From assembly GCA_976551045.1 (NCBI GenBank), contig CDPCPM010000370.1, positions 1,674,001-1,738,000 of the forward strand: 64,000 bases of DNA. The letters are read 5' to 3'. Shown here piece by piece: positions 51,190 to 63,344 of the stretch. Each line of letters begins with the position of its first letter. Positions within the stretch are counted from its first letter, which is position 1. This DNA is from Glaucostegus cemiculus. Taxonomy: Eukaryota. Below the pieces are notes generated by a model. That model saw only the letters and a program-made list of their open reading frames with translations. It was not told where the DNA came from and searched no databases. The position numbers were made by a program, and so were the translations under genes.

Positions 51190-52854
51190 CACATTGCTGC
51201 AGAACTTCACTGAACCTGAACAAAAACCTACCCTTAGCGATTCGACTGGAGCTCGCTAGAGGGCGGACTCGCACAACGGAATAGAACGACTGAAAATGGA
51301 AGGGGAATACAAATTATAAATCATGTCGGAAGGTTCAATATGATGGTGTTAAGTGACGTTAATGCGAGTTTGTCTCGCAGGCAGAATGTCAACCTGCCAG
51401 TCTCATGAATATTTTCTCTCCCTGATCACAGTAACTGTGTTCAAACCTAATTGACCTTAAATAACTTAGTGTTATTTAATTTATTCAAATATTAATCTTA
51501 AATATGACGTTACCACAGTGACTATTAAGTGGATTCTTCGCAGGGACTGGGAGAGAAAGGGGACGAACACTGGCAAAAACTGCGCCCGTTTTCTAATGAG
51601 ACCTTGTTCCCACAAGCGGCCAATAAGGAGCCACCGAACAGTAACCTTACTAAGAAGAAATTATGTGGCGTCAGACAGTTCACGATATCGATCGACACTG
51701 AATCAAATGCCTTCCTGAGAGACTTGCTAGAGTCGAATATCCAGATTCATCCCTGGACACATTCCGTGCAATTTACCGATAGCTTTATATTGTATGCAAG
51801 AAAATGAAGAAGGAAAATATCGCAACGTGGTTGGACTGATCATATATTCAAGTGAAAGCACAGTGTAATGGACAATGCAGATGGCACGTACTCTCAGCAG
51901 TCAGATCAATTTCTGTGTGAGCAGTGTTGAGATCTGGCGTCCTGACGGAGTGTCGTAATGTGCATGTGTCTCAAAACAAGCTGAACAACCTCGAATTACT
52001 CGGTGGAATATATGTCAACGGTGCCGATGATTTTGAAAAAACGGATGGTGTTTAACCGATTCAATGCCCTTGTTATTTAGGCAGGTAGTTCTCTTTAATT
52101 AATCCGCCCGCCGATTAACATATATTCATAGTTCCTGACTCATCATCCCGATTTCTCGTCTTTTTTTTCTCTCGTCTGTTGATACGGTGCACGGACCACT
52201 GTGCTCTTCCTTTCGATGTCTTCGACCATACAGTTTTCCTCATGAACAAGACATGATACTAAGGAACTTGATATGCCTGGCGTTACTGATTTTAACAATG
52301 AGCGCCTTTGATTCTGAATCAAGTATTTTGAGTTACAGTGGAATAATCTTCACATTACTGGGGCGGGGGGGGGGGACAAGCACGAAATCGTTATTAAAGA
52401 CGGAGAGTTCTCTCCATTTTCTGTCAGAAATCCAGTTCAAATTTGTTCTGGACTGTCGTCAGCACTATTGTCAGATAATCGTTCCTTTTCCCTCCGACTC
52501 CCTTCGCTCGCAGTCGTCGGCTGAGTAAGCAACGGCAATTTGGTCATGATCTTCTGTTCAGCAACCACCAGTTCCCCCAAGTTCTCAATTCCACTGAAAG
52601 GAAATATGCACTTCCCTCCCTTAACAAGATCTCCGAACGGCGCAATTTAGACTCGTGTGGTATCTATGCTCATACCTTACGTTTCTTGCTCTGAGTCTGA
52701 AATCTCTTTCTGCCTTTTGTTATTGAAGAGTTGTTAGTGCGTGCCGCTTTTTGTGATTGGTTCATTCAGCAGGGCTCTGGAGCGGAAAGTCTTTATTTCT
52801 ATTCCAATTGAGCGTTAGTGGGATTAAAATGTTGGAGATTCAAGCAGCGGCATC

Positions 52855-53323
52855 AAGAACCGCCTCGTGACGCTGCTTATCATTATGCCACCTATCGCTA
52901 TGCAATGGAAATTTTAGACTTCTCTATTTCCTTTGATCTGAATACGACTGGTGTTTCCACTGGAAGAACAATGACTGGATCGACAGAGGTCATGTTTTTC
53001 ATGGATATATTTTCTCTGTCAGACCTTAATCGTCAAGACTCGGGGAAGCAGTGAGTTTGTGAACTCAGGTTCGAAGAGTAAAGCAATGCCATACTGCACT
53101 GCATCTTGTAAACAAGCGATTAAAACCCATGTTTACTGGTATTTCTAGCACTCCAGTCAGCGTAACGATTATCTGCTTTGAATTACAGCAGAGACATCAA
53201 ATAAAAATAACGAATGCAATGACCGAATCTCCTCTACGTTCAACAAAACGAGAAGGAATACCGAGCAAACAATCCGCAAGGCCGGATCTCCGAGTTTGTA
53301 GTGTAATTCCATGCCACGACCAC
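52855..53323 (+). pseudogene. TCR alpha/delta V pseudogene, decayed paralog of 50724-51189
   Basis: RQDSGKQ*VCELRFEE*SNAILHCIL*TS.../VYWYF*...DRISSTFNKTRRNTEQTIRKA with many stops; heptamer CACAGCG 53324-53330; nonamer lost. Confidence 0.82.
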
Positions 53324-55449
53324 CACAGCGCCATAGAGACACAGAGGACACTTCCAATTTTCTGAGCGCTTGCCAGAGGGCGGAGTCAACTGAACCAACA
53401 GAAAGAAATTAAAGATGGAAAGCGAATGCATTCCTCGTTCCTCTGTGTACGATTTGTACCTCAGGTCGCATTCATCAAAGTGTCTGTTAACTGTGGCCAA
53501 TCATACAGGTACGCTCGATCTCCAATTGACCCAACTGCTGCCAAAAGCAATTCAGCTTGAATTGGTGGCAAGTTTTATTTCACCAAATCGAACAATTACC
53601 GCCCAAAACAGACGTCACGACGAGAATCAATGAATGTAGCCGAAGACCAGAATCAACTAAGTGTAATAGGATCACAAATTGCAGAAGAATGTGAGTCAAG
53701 GTCTGTTCAGCGCACTTCCACACAAACAGTCCAGAAGGGGGTCGCTGCATCATGACATCACTCCGCAGAGATTCGGATTGGCTAGTGTTTTTCAGCACCT
53801 GCTTGATAATTCTTGTGAATTGTTTCGGCGCCCTCCACTGGGCTGTTGTAGAGAATGCCATTGCAACTGTGGTCACAGTGAGTGTGTCGTTTATATTTCA
53901 GAACACGAGAGACAGAAACCTTCCCTCAGGAATGGAGAGTGAAGCGAATGTGTTAGATTATTCCTTTCAGATGCTTTGGTGAGAAAGTAAGGCGTAAGTT
54001 TTCTGAGTTCTACGATTTCGACTTTATCTTCAGAGTGTGCAGACAGAGTGTATTATTTTAAATGATGGTAAGCCCTTGGCAAATTTACCGTGTCCTCCGG
54101 ATACCGGTGGTAGTTAGTCGTTGAAACCAATTTCATTAGTCTTAATTTATCCATGAAATCTGCCTTGATCTTTGTTGTACCGACCGACAAACAGCTTCGC
54201 CTCTTATTTCACTCAAGTGAATTCCTTCACATGAGTTGATTGATGAAGCAAAGATTAATGAAGTGTTTCACGGAGTTTCATGAGATTGGTTACAATGATC
54301 CTCCACGGCCTCTATCCGGAGGACAAAGGAAATTTAAAGCCTTAAAAAAAGAGAGCAGAGAGGGGCAACATTTCAAAGCATAATTTCATTCAGTAACTGG
54401 CATTGTAAGTAGGAACTTACTTGAGGATGTTCTGTCTCACAAGCAGATCAGAAAAGGGCGACGAACTCTGGAGATCACCTGAGAGTATGTTCTACGGTAC
54501 TTCGTTAACCTTTAGAAAGGAGTGGTAAATATCAATTGTCACCTACGAAAATGATTTACCCGTCCGTACATCAAAATTACAAAGACTAAGTCAGCCAGCA
54601 GTGGGCAGAAGACGGATCTTCGAAGCCACGGCATATTTCCGTGCCGTGAGCTCCACACTGCAGCGGGTCCATAAAAGATCCTTAGAAATGCTTTGACCGG
54701 ATGGTGCTTTCACCCGAGGAACTCAAAAGACACCAGATGGAGAAACTCCCTCGAATACGCCAATGCAAGCCCTGCCTGTCCATTCTGCACCTCTGTCGCA
54801 CCATCTTACAGATGTCATCTCGTTATGACCTTATCTGCAGGGTGCTCCTGAACTGCTGCTATTATCTTCCGATGACGAATTGAAACAGTGAATTGATTAT
54901 TCTAATCTTGTGAAGGAATTGGAAGAGAATTTGTTCAGGTTCTCAGTCCCTTCACTCACTGCCCCGTTGACATTGTCTCACTTCGAATGTATTCTGCTTA
55001 CTGTCTCTCATTCTGCCTCTTCTTCCATATTAATGCCATGTACTGTAAAATAATGTCTGCTATTCTGGGAGGACGCTGCATTTTACTTCCATTTCAGTTC
55101 ATTTGTCGTGATGAGGCTGGATCTTGGGGAATCTCCAATTGATTCACGATAGAACAGGCAGCATGTGCCATTAAAAATGACAAGTCAACTTAATGAGCGT
55201 GTTTAATAAAGTGGATGCACAGAAATTTTACCCTGATCGAGAAAGCATAGATTCATTGGAAAATGTCGCAGAATACAGATTCGTGATTTCCATTGAATAT
55301 GACAAAATGTGGCCATAGACTGAGAATTGAGAATCAATATCACAATAAATAGAGTTCTGTTACTGAGTGTATTTTCACTTTAACGTCTTTGGTACAATCA
55401 ACTGCACTGTATTTTCCTCCATTTCGTTTCTCAACATATCAGGTGATTG

Positions 55450-55625
55450 AAACTCTCTCTCTCTCTCTCTCACTCTCTCTCTCTCTCTATCTTTCTGTCT
55501 GTCTATTTGTCTGTTGTATTTATTTCTATTTGTCTGTCTATCTGTCTATCTATGTATCTACCTATCTGTCTGTCTGCACGTATCTGTCTGGCTCTCTGTC
55601 CGTCTGTCCTTCTGTCTCTACCTTC
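55450..55625. repeat. (CT)n/(TCTA/TCTG)n microsatellite
   Basis: Simple repeat read directly. Confidence 0.85.
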
Positions 55626-58600
55626 TGCCTGTACAAGATGCAAAAGGAAGAGTAGAACCCCATCTACTCCAGTCTGTCCAGATAACGAAATACCCCACTG
55701 CTTCCATCATTTGAGAATAGATAAGACATATCCTCCCTTCAGACTGAAAATGTTTCCCAGCATGCAGTGCTGACGACTGCTCTTGATACTGAACATGTGG
55801 TTAAACCAGTACTTATGAATTCCCATTATGAATCCCTTTATCTCTCACGCTGTATGTCTTTTCATCTATCCCATAATTCTTACAGCTATTCTGAAACTTT
55901 TTTCCTTCCCCGACACTTTCTGCAAACCGTGTAAAATCCAGACTGTTGTTCCTGTATTCTATTCTTCTGCTGCACTCTTGTTTACTCCATCTATTTTTTC
56001 CCTCCAACATTCAGCCGTTTCAATCCTCAACAATGATCTTCATCTCCGATGTGTGGGGCCGTTTTCATCAGTGTGTATAATTTTGACATTCATCACCATT
56101 CTCCTCACATTGTCGCACAATTTTCTTTGATGTTACTCAGAGATTGTTTTGGAAACTGAGTCCTGCCAGCTCATTTAGAAATACTTATTCAGAAATATAG
56201 TGGACTTTGGCCGTTTATCATTTGTACAGATCATGTAGAAAAAACGAAACATGTAGTTTCCTCAGAGTATCTGTCCATTAACCAAGTTTCCCTTCTCCTT
56301 TAATTACCGGAGACTTATTTTATCAAAAGACGCTTGGAATTTAATATATTCGGCACTATCAGGAGAAAATGTATCAATTGCTTGGAACTTGCCCTCCCGC
56401 CCCTTAATTTCCATTTACTGTATGTTTCTAAACTGCGATTTTCATTGGATCTGCAAACCAGAGTGTGAAAGGACCTCATCAATCGGCATAAACGTGAAAC
56501 AATTTGCCTTCTAGGAAAATTGTAGCAAACGACGCTGATGGCTGAAGCTAACTGCCGCTCTAGAGATTTCTATCACGTATAAGTATCTGCATGAACTGCC
56601 GATTTAGGAGGTTACATCTCGCTATTGCACAGTTTTGGGTGTAATTGCACACGACTGGGAAATGACCGGTCTTTGCCATTTATTATTCTATTCTTGCAAC
56701 TTTCGGTGCTACAGGTAAGCTTTGTACAGCAAAACAAGGGGACAGTCAACATGCACCGTCGTTGCAAAGCCAGCTACTCATCAGACTGTTAATTTTCATT
56801 CGTCTTCTCCTTACGTTTTGATCGTTGTAGCTCCCGGATTCCCCACTGTTTGTGAAATGTGTTCTCAATATGTAAAACAATTCAGTCCATTCACCCAACT
56901 GATGGAAGGATTTACTATATTCTTGTATTTGATAAAATTACAACAAGATTTTTTTTCTCAGTGAGTGGTGTTGTACATGCAACTCGTGTCCCATTGTTCA
57001 CATGACACGTCGTCTCTTCAATTCAGGTTGAACAAAGTTGCGAGAGCTCCGCGGAGGACACATTTGTGTTAACCATCACTCTGACCGCTGATTCGATTCA
57101 ACGTGCACTCATCAGGTAATAGCGGAGGACAAAACTTCAAAATAATCTGCTTGGATTATGAAGAGTCACAATTTGCCCGAGAAATCCAATGACGGTTTTT
57201 TTTTTCAAATAATTACCGAATAATCTTGCAGTCCCAGTTTTAGATTTCTCTTATGTGCACACAGACGTTTGCTGACTTGCATTTACTCAGTAACACCGCA
57301 TCCTCTTTCATGTGGTGCCCGGTGTCTCGGAAATCATGAGCTGCTATAATATACTATACTACTGAAGCTGTCAGAGCAGTTTCCTGTATCAAGCAGCACC
57401 TGCAGATGGAAAATAGTGGCCGAGGTCCTGGTCCAACTGCCGCAATAAGTGACCATTTTCAGAAATATCTGAATTCCATTCAAACAGTGTCTATCACTTT
57501 GCCTTCAGAGGTTTGCTCATGATCGGTCATTGGATATTGAAGGCTGAAACAAGACACCAAGATCTTCAAAAGAAGATGGGCTCAGCTGTGGATCTGCGTT
57601 GAATTACGGAACAGGTGAGAGTGGAACGACTCCCTACTCTTGCTTTTAAATCTTCTAACATTATAATTACATAAATACACATTTTTGAAAACGGCGCCAG
57701 TTCCCCAAGCTACTTTCCGCCATCAACGAATTGCCTGAGTAGCTTTTTAAGTCGTTCGCGCGTCATCATGACAGAGGACAGCGCATCATCCGGCCCTCTG
57801 GATACGAATTCTGCGAACTATACGTTCCAATTGGTATTGGTTGTATTCACATGGTTTGCGACTGGTATTGGCTATTCGGCCCCATAGTCCCAGCGAGATA
57901 ATGTGGTCCAAAATCTAGTGAAATGAAGGATACTACACGGGAGATAAGCCCACGATTGCACGAAGCCCCTTCTCGGTTGCTACGCAATTTGAGCTCATCT
58001 CGCTTGGTATAGAATCAGCCGCATTCCCTGTACTCTTTCTGAACGACAATATTTGCAGGAGTGATCACTGGGAATATTTCTTGGTAAAAGTGCCCAAGAT
58101 CTGCAGGTTTTAGCTCTACGCAGGAATTAAGAATTCCTGACTCATTGACGAGTTCATGAAATTCAGGTTGCGATCAAATACCATCAGTTTCTTTCTCCAG
58201 ACTCATCAGTCGAATCTGTGTTAACATTCTCAACACCCCGTTTTACTTCGAACAATCGCCCATTTTGTTTAATCGGTTAGTCTCTCCCACCCTCTTCCCT
58301 GTCTCTCAACAGCCTGCTTGTCTTTCACCAGCTTACTTATGTCCAGTCGATGGAGAGAAACGGTAAGAAGCTTTCCCTAAAATGGCCACCTGCCGTGAAA
58401 CAATCCAAACAAATGTTTGCTCTCAGTATGGTGAATTAGTTGCGCAGGCGTTGGAAGTTCACCGGATTGCAGCACCTTTTGTGCCACAGATTAACTTTTA
58501 ATTCTTAAACCCAGTTTATTGTCAGAAGCCAAAGTACGGTCCTGCATTGATGCAAAGAAGAAATAGCTCGCAATCGCATCACAGGAACATAAATTCAGAC

Positions 58601-59899
58601 AACGCACATAACATGGATTATACTTGATGTGCCCATTGATTATACAAGGCGGTGAGGTAAACGCTACCCAAAACAGGACATTGGTGCAAAAACACAATGA
58701 ACAACGTCAATAATAATGCAACACGTGGCCCGCAGGGAACGACTGCTAAGGTAGGATTAGGGTTGCAATGTTCGTTTGAAAAATCTGATGGTTCTTGGAA
58801 AGTACTTGTTCTTGAATCCGGTAGGATGGGTCAGGGCATTTCTCTGCCGCTGTGGATTTTGGACACCACAGTGGGTCAGGGCAGCCCAATATCTTAATGA
58901 AATAAAGCGTAACCTTATACCGGTCCACTCTTATCCTGGGATTCACTTCAGAGGACTGACGATCTGAACAGAATGGTTGCAATGGATGCAATGGCATCTT
59001 AAATTGTGGCTGGAGCCAGTATTCATTCGTCTTGTTTTGTTTTCTTTTCCCCTTTCCCACCAATTTGTAGAGAGTTTCGGAATAATTTCGACGACATTCG
59101 TTCATTGATATGCGCCCACAACGTGCTGGAAAATCTGGGATAATATGTTGCCACAAACCTATGTGGTATCAAGGACGTATGTCATTTGTTGTTTCAACAG
59201 GTAGATTATCATACCGTACTAGTTGATGTCAGCATGCCAAAATTACCATGGATATTGTAAACACGGTTCCGATGACCATTTAATCCCTGGGACAGCAATA
59301 ATATGGCTCAGAGAAAGGCGACGTGCCTTCATTGTAACGGGGGTACCAAATGCTGCAGTGTTTACTTTATCACTGAAACTTGGAATCAAACACAGTCAGA
59401 CAAGAAGGAGGTCACAACTGGGGTGAACTTTTGCTGAACGACATCGTAATTCAAGACACGAGGAGGCGCCTCAGAGAAAAGAATGGAATAAACGAAGTGT
59501 GTCACTTTGTAACATTGTTTTATTGATAGTTTCACTCAACATAATTTACATAATAAATTCAGAAAGGTTAAGGTAAATTTCACACTGCAACTGTATTTCA
59601 CACTGAGACCAGGCAGTTTAGCCGCCAGTTGTGAAATTACAAAGAACAACAAAGAAAGGAATGGGACGAGGGAAACAGGTACCTATCCGACAGTGGCATC
59701 ATACTCAGAGAATATTGGATGAAGTTTGATTCAATGAGATGTATTTACATTATGGACATTGCAGTCAGCAAAGTGGAAAGTGAACAAGAAGGTGTGTAGG
59801 AAGCTTCGAGAAAGAAACTCAGTAAATTCCAAGCTCGTTCCTTATTAATTGGAGGTGTGTTAACAGTTCCTCACATCAAATGTTAAAAGTTAACTTAAC

Positions 59900-60800
59900 T
59901 CCTTAAAGTGCAAACAAAAAAGCGCCGGAGGAACTCGGCGGCTCAAGTAACATCTATGCAGGCAAAGGGGCAATCGACGTTTCTGTTCGAGATCCTTCAT
60001 CTGAACTGAAAGAAGGAGGGGAGATAGCAAGTTCATAAAGGTGGAGGGAACGGATTGATCATGAACTGGCAGCTGATAGGTGGGTAGGTGAGGGGAGATA
60101 GGCACAGGAGCGAGCGGGAGACAGGGGTGGATGATGTAAGCAAGAAGGTGATATATGGAAATGGCAAATAGCTGAAGATGATGGAATCTGACAGGAGCCG
60201 AAGGTGGAGCACGGCATAAAGTGAGGGAGGTCGGAGTGGAATCAGACGGTGTAGTGTGTGGTTAATGGGAAAATGGAGAGGGTGGGCAAGGAGGTGAAAT
60301 TGGGTGATGGGGTCTAGTCGAATGTTGGGTGAGAGAAGAAAAGAAAGTAAACGGACAGAAGCGGAGCGTTTCGAGGACTTCCGAAAATCTGATGTTCATG
60401 TCCTCAGGATGAAGACCACACACGGGGAATATGAAGTGTTGTTAATTAAATTGCTTTTATTCCCGACCTTGAAGTGGAGGAGGTCGTGGACAAACGTGTG
60501 ATGTGGGAATGGGAAGTGGAATTTAAATATCTGGCTTCCGGGAGATGCAGGCTGGCACAGCGGAGGGAGCGAAGGTGCTCGTCGAGGTGCTCCCCCAATT
60601 AGTTCCCGTCTCACCGATGAAGAGGAGGTCGGAACGAGAGCACAATACATAACACAATGTGATTTATATGTTCAAGGTTATCTCACCAAGAGGGGCTCTT
60701 TTGGACCCTGGATGGCAGTGAATGCTGAGGTGTACTGGGAGGTGTAACATAATGTGATATTACAGGGGCAAATGGCAGTGAAGGGAGTATAATAGGTGAG
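59900..60800. mobile_element. Degraded interspersed repeat, probably Penelope-like
   Basis: 'ccggaggaactcggcggctcaag...cgacgtttc...gagatccttcatctgaactga' terminal motif and minus-strand 'ASPGSQIFKFHFPFPH' resemble repeats common in elasmobranch genomes; classification not verified. Confidence 0.5.
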
Positions 60801-60930
60801 GAGAGCAAAAAATAAACATCTGAGTTTGCAGTTATCTGCAGAACTGCACAGGGTAGCAAATAAACGAAAATCACGGTTCACGGCAAGAGGAATGGAATGG
60901 ATGTGAGTCAGCAATGAGAAAGTCGACTTA

Positions 60931-62573
60931 CAGTGGTATGCAAAACTTTGGCCACACTTGATCAAATTTTCTGTTATTGTGAGTGAGTGAAATATGGTCT
61001 GATTTCTAAAAGGCATACAATTCCAGATGACTCATTTCTTTAATATATTAAGCAAGATTACATTTTTATTTCCATTTTTTATATTTTCAAAATAACAAAG
61101 AAGGAAAGGGTCTTAAGGAAATGTTACACACCCTGCATGTTCTGGACTTAGTAACAAGCCTTTTAGTAAGTATCACAGGTTGTAAACTCTTTCTGCACCC
61201 AGTTAAGTGTTTTAAATGATTGCTTGGGAGAATCTCGTCCATTATTCCTTGCATAAGTTTTCTAGTTCTGTGAGATTCTTGGGCCATCTTGCAATGCACT
61301 GCACTTTTGAGGTCTATCCGCAGATTTTCGTGGATGCTTGGGTCGGGGGAATGCGATGTCCATGGCAACACCTTCAGCTTGCGCCTGTTGATGTATTCCA
61401 TTGTGGACTTTGAGATGTGTTTAGTAACGTTATTTTGTTGTAGACGCTATCCTCTTTTCATCTTCAACTTTTTGTACAGACGATGTGATTTTTGCTTCCA
61501 GAATTTGCTGGTTTTTAATTGAATTTAATCTTCCCTCTAAAAATAAAATATTCCTCGTGCCATTGGCTGAAAGCCAGGCCAAACATGATAGACACACACC
61601 CGTGCTTAACAGTTGGCGAGGTGTTCTTTTCATGAAATTCTGCACTCTTTTTTTTCTCCAAACTTCCCTGCATCCTCGCCACAAAATTCAGCATCAGCGG
61701 TTTGCAAAGGAAAGTTGAAACAAGCCTGATACATTTTGTAAACAGGTTCTGTGGACTGATGAAGTAAAAATGGAACTTCTTGGTTGCAGTGAGCAAAGGT
61801 ATATTTGGAAAAAGAAGTGCAGAATTTCATGAAACGAATGCGTCTCCAACTGTTGAGCACGGGGTGGTTCAATTATGCTTTGGGCTTGTGGTGCAGCCAA
61901 TAGAACAGGGAACATTTCACTGGTAGATGGAAGAATGAATTCAAATACATACCAACAAATACTGAAAGCAAACATCACACCATCTGCAACAAAAGCTGAA
62001 GATGAAATGACAATGGATTCTACAACAGGATAACGATCCCAAACACAACTCAAAATCCACAATGTACTGCCTAAAGAGGAACAAGCTGAAGATTCTGCCA
62101 TGGCCCTCACAGTACCCCTGCATAAACATCATCGAAAATCTGCGGACAGACCTGAAAAGAGCAGAGCATGCAAGACGGCCCAAATATCTCACAGATCTAG
62201 AAGGCTTCTGCATGGAGGAATGGGCGAAAATCTACTAAACAAGAATTTAAAGACTCATAGCTAGCTGCAGTAATTGTTTACAAGCTTTAGAACTTGCCAA
62301 AAAAGGGTGTTACCAAGTACTGATTATGCCGGGTGCCTAAACTTTTGCTTCGGGTCCTTTTCTTTCTTTGCTATTTTGAAACTATAAAGTATAGAATAAA
62401 TATATAATCTTTCTTAAAATAGGGACCTGAATTGTTCTGAAAGTTTTCTCTGTTTCTGTATTAATAAAATGTGTTATCATTAATTTTCTGCTTTTGGGAA
62501 ATCTTTTATTTGCTTAGCTATTCACAGTAAGAGATATTTTGACCAGCAGTGCTCAACCCTTTGCATGCCACTG
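60931..62573. mobile_element. Tc1/mariner DNA transposon derivative with fold-back structure
   Basis: TA + CAGTGGTATGCAAAACTTTG at the left and CTTTGCATGCCACTG at the right. Transposase C-terminal fragments on both strands ('TVKHGCVSIMFG', 'KVLPWTSHSPDPSIHENL' on minus; the equivalent region on plus ~61750-62300). Confidence 0.85.
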
Positions 62574-62785
62574 CTTGTACACATGGCCTCCAGTTCTAAA
62601 GGTAGCGCAATCTCGGACATAAACGTTCCAGGAAAGACATTTGACACAAAAATATACAATTCAGACTCAGTGACTGAAATGCTGTTCAGTACATTGTCCA
62701 CTTCAGAATGTGATTTTTCCAGTCATGCCAACTGAGATGTCAATGGACCGATGAAAAATCTCCACGGGTTCGCAGATTCACACCA

Positions 62786-62794
62786 TCATTTGAC
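62786..62794 (-). CDS. IgH transmembrane exon TM2 (VK-stop)
   Basis: Polypyrimidine tract and CACAG acceptor followed by GTC AAA TGA, giving the KVK cytoplasmic tail. Confidence 0.88.
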   Translation of the reverse strand, partial: VK

Positions 62795-62923
62795 CTGTGG
62801 AGGAAGGATAGAGAACATGGAAGTACATTACTGTTCTGTTCTGTAATACGAAGACTTTTAAGTACAAATTAATCGACTTTTTTTGGCTTCAGTCAGGTGC
62901 AAGAGTGGTTTGGCTGAACTCAC

Positions 62924-63051
62924 CTTCACCAGGGTTAGGGCAGCGCTGTAGGAAATACTCAGGAAGAACAGGATGATGAACGTGGAAGCTGTTGTCCAGA
63001 TGTTGCCTCTGTCTTCTTCATAGTTTTCAATCAGAATGTTGTCTGCGAAAT
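62924..63051 (-). CDS. IgH transmembrane exon TM1 (IgM likely; IgW not excluded)
   Basis: (D)FADNILIENYEEDRGNIWTTASTFIILFFLSISYSAALTLVK with CART motif; TAG acceptor at 63054-63052 and GTGAG donor at 62923-62919. Confidence 0.93.
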
Positions 63052-63344
63052 CTACGGAAAGCAGGAAGGGAAATACATTCACATTATTTTCGAGTCCGGG
63101 ACCTGCTTTCTTTCTTGTTTAGTTACTTTCCGCCAGGATACTTTACTACTTAATTTTCAATGAATTTTCTCTGTTAAGATCAATGGTGTTTTTTTTTTTT
63201 ACAATCAATCCCTGTTCTAGCAACAGCTGTTCACGAAGTTGATTTATATCTACAAGTTGTTCATTCTATCAATGTACAGTCATTGATTAATATGATTTGT
63301 TAATCCTCGAGGAGTACCAGCCGATGTTGGTTGATTGGGTAACA

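Noticed and set aside
53874-53920. CACAGTG followed later by ACAGAAACC
   Set aside because: Spacer of about 31 bp fits neither 12 nor 23, and there is no coding segment.
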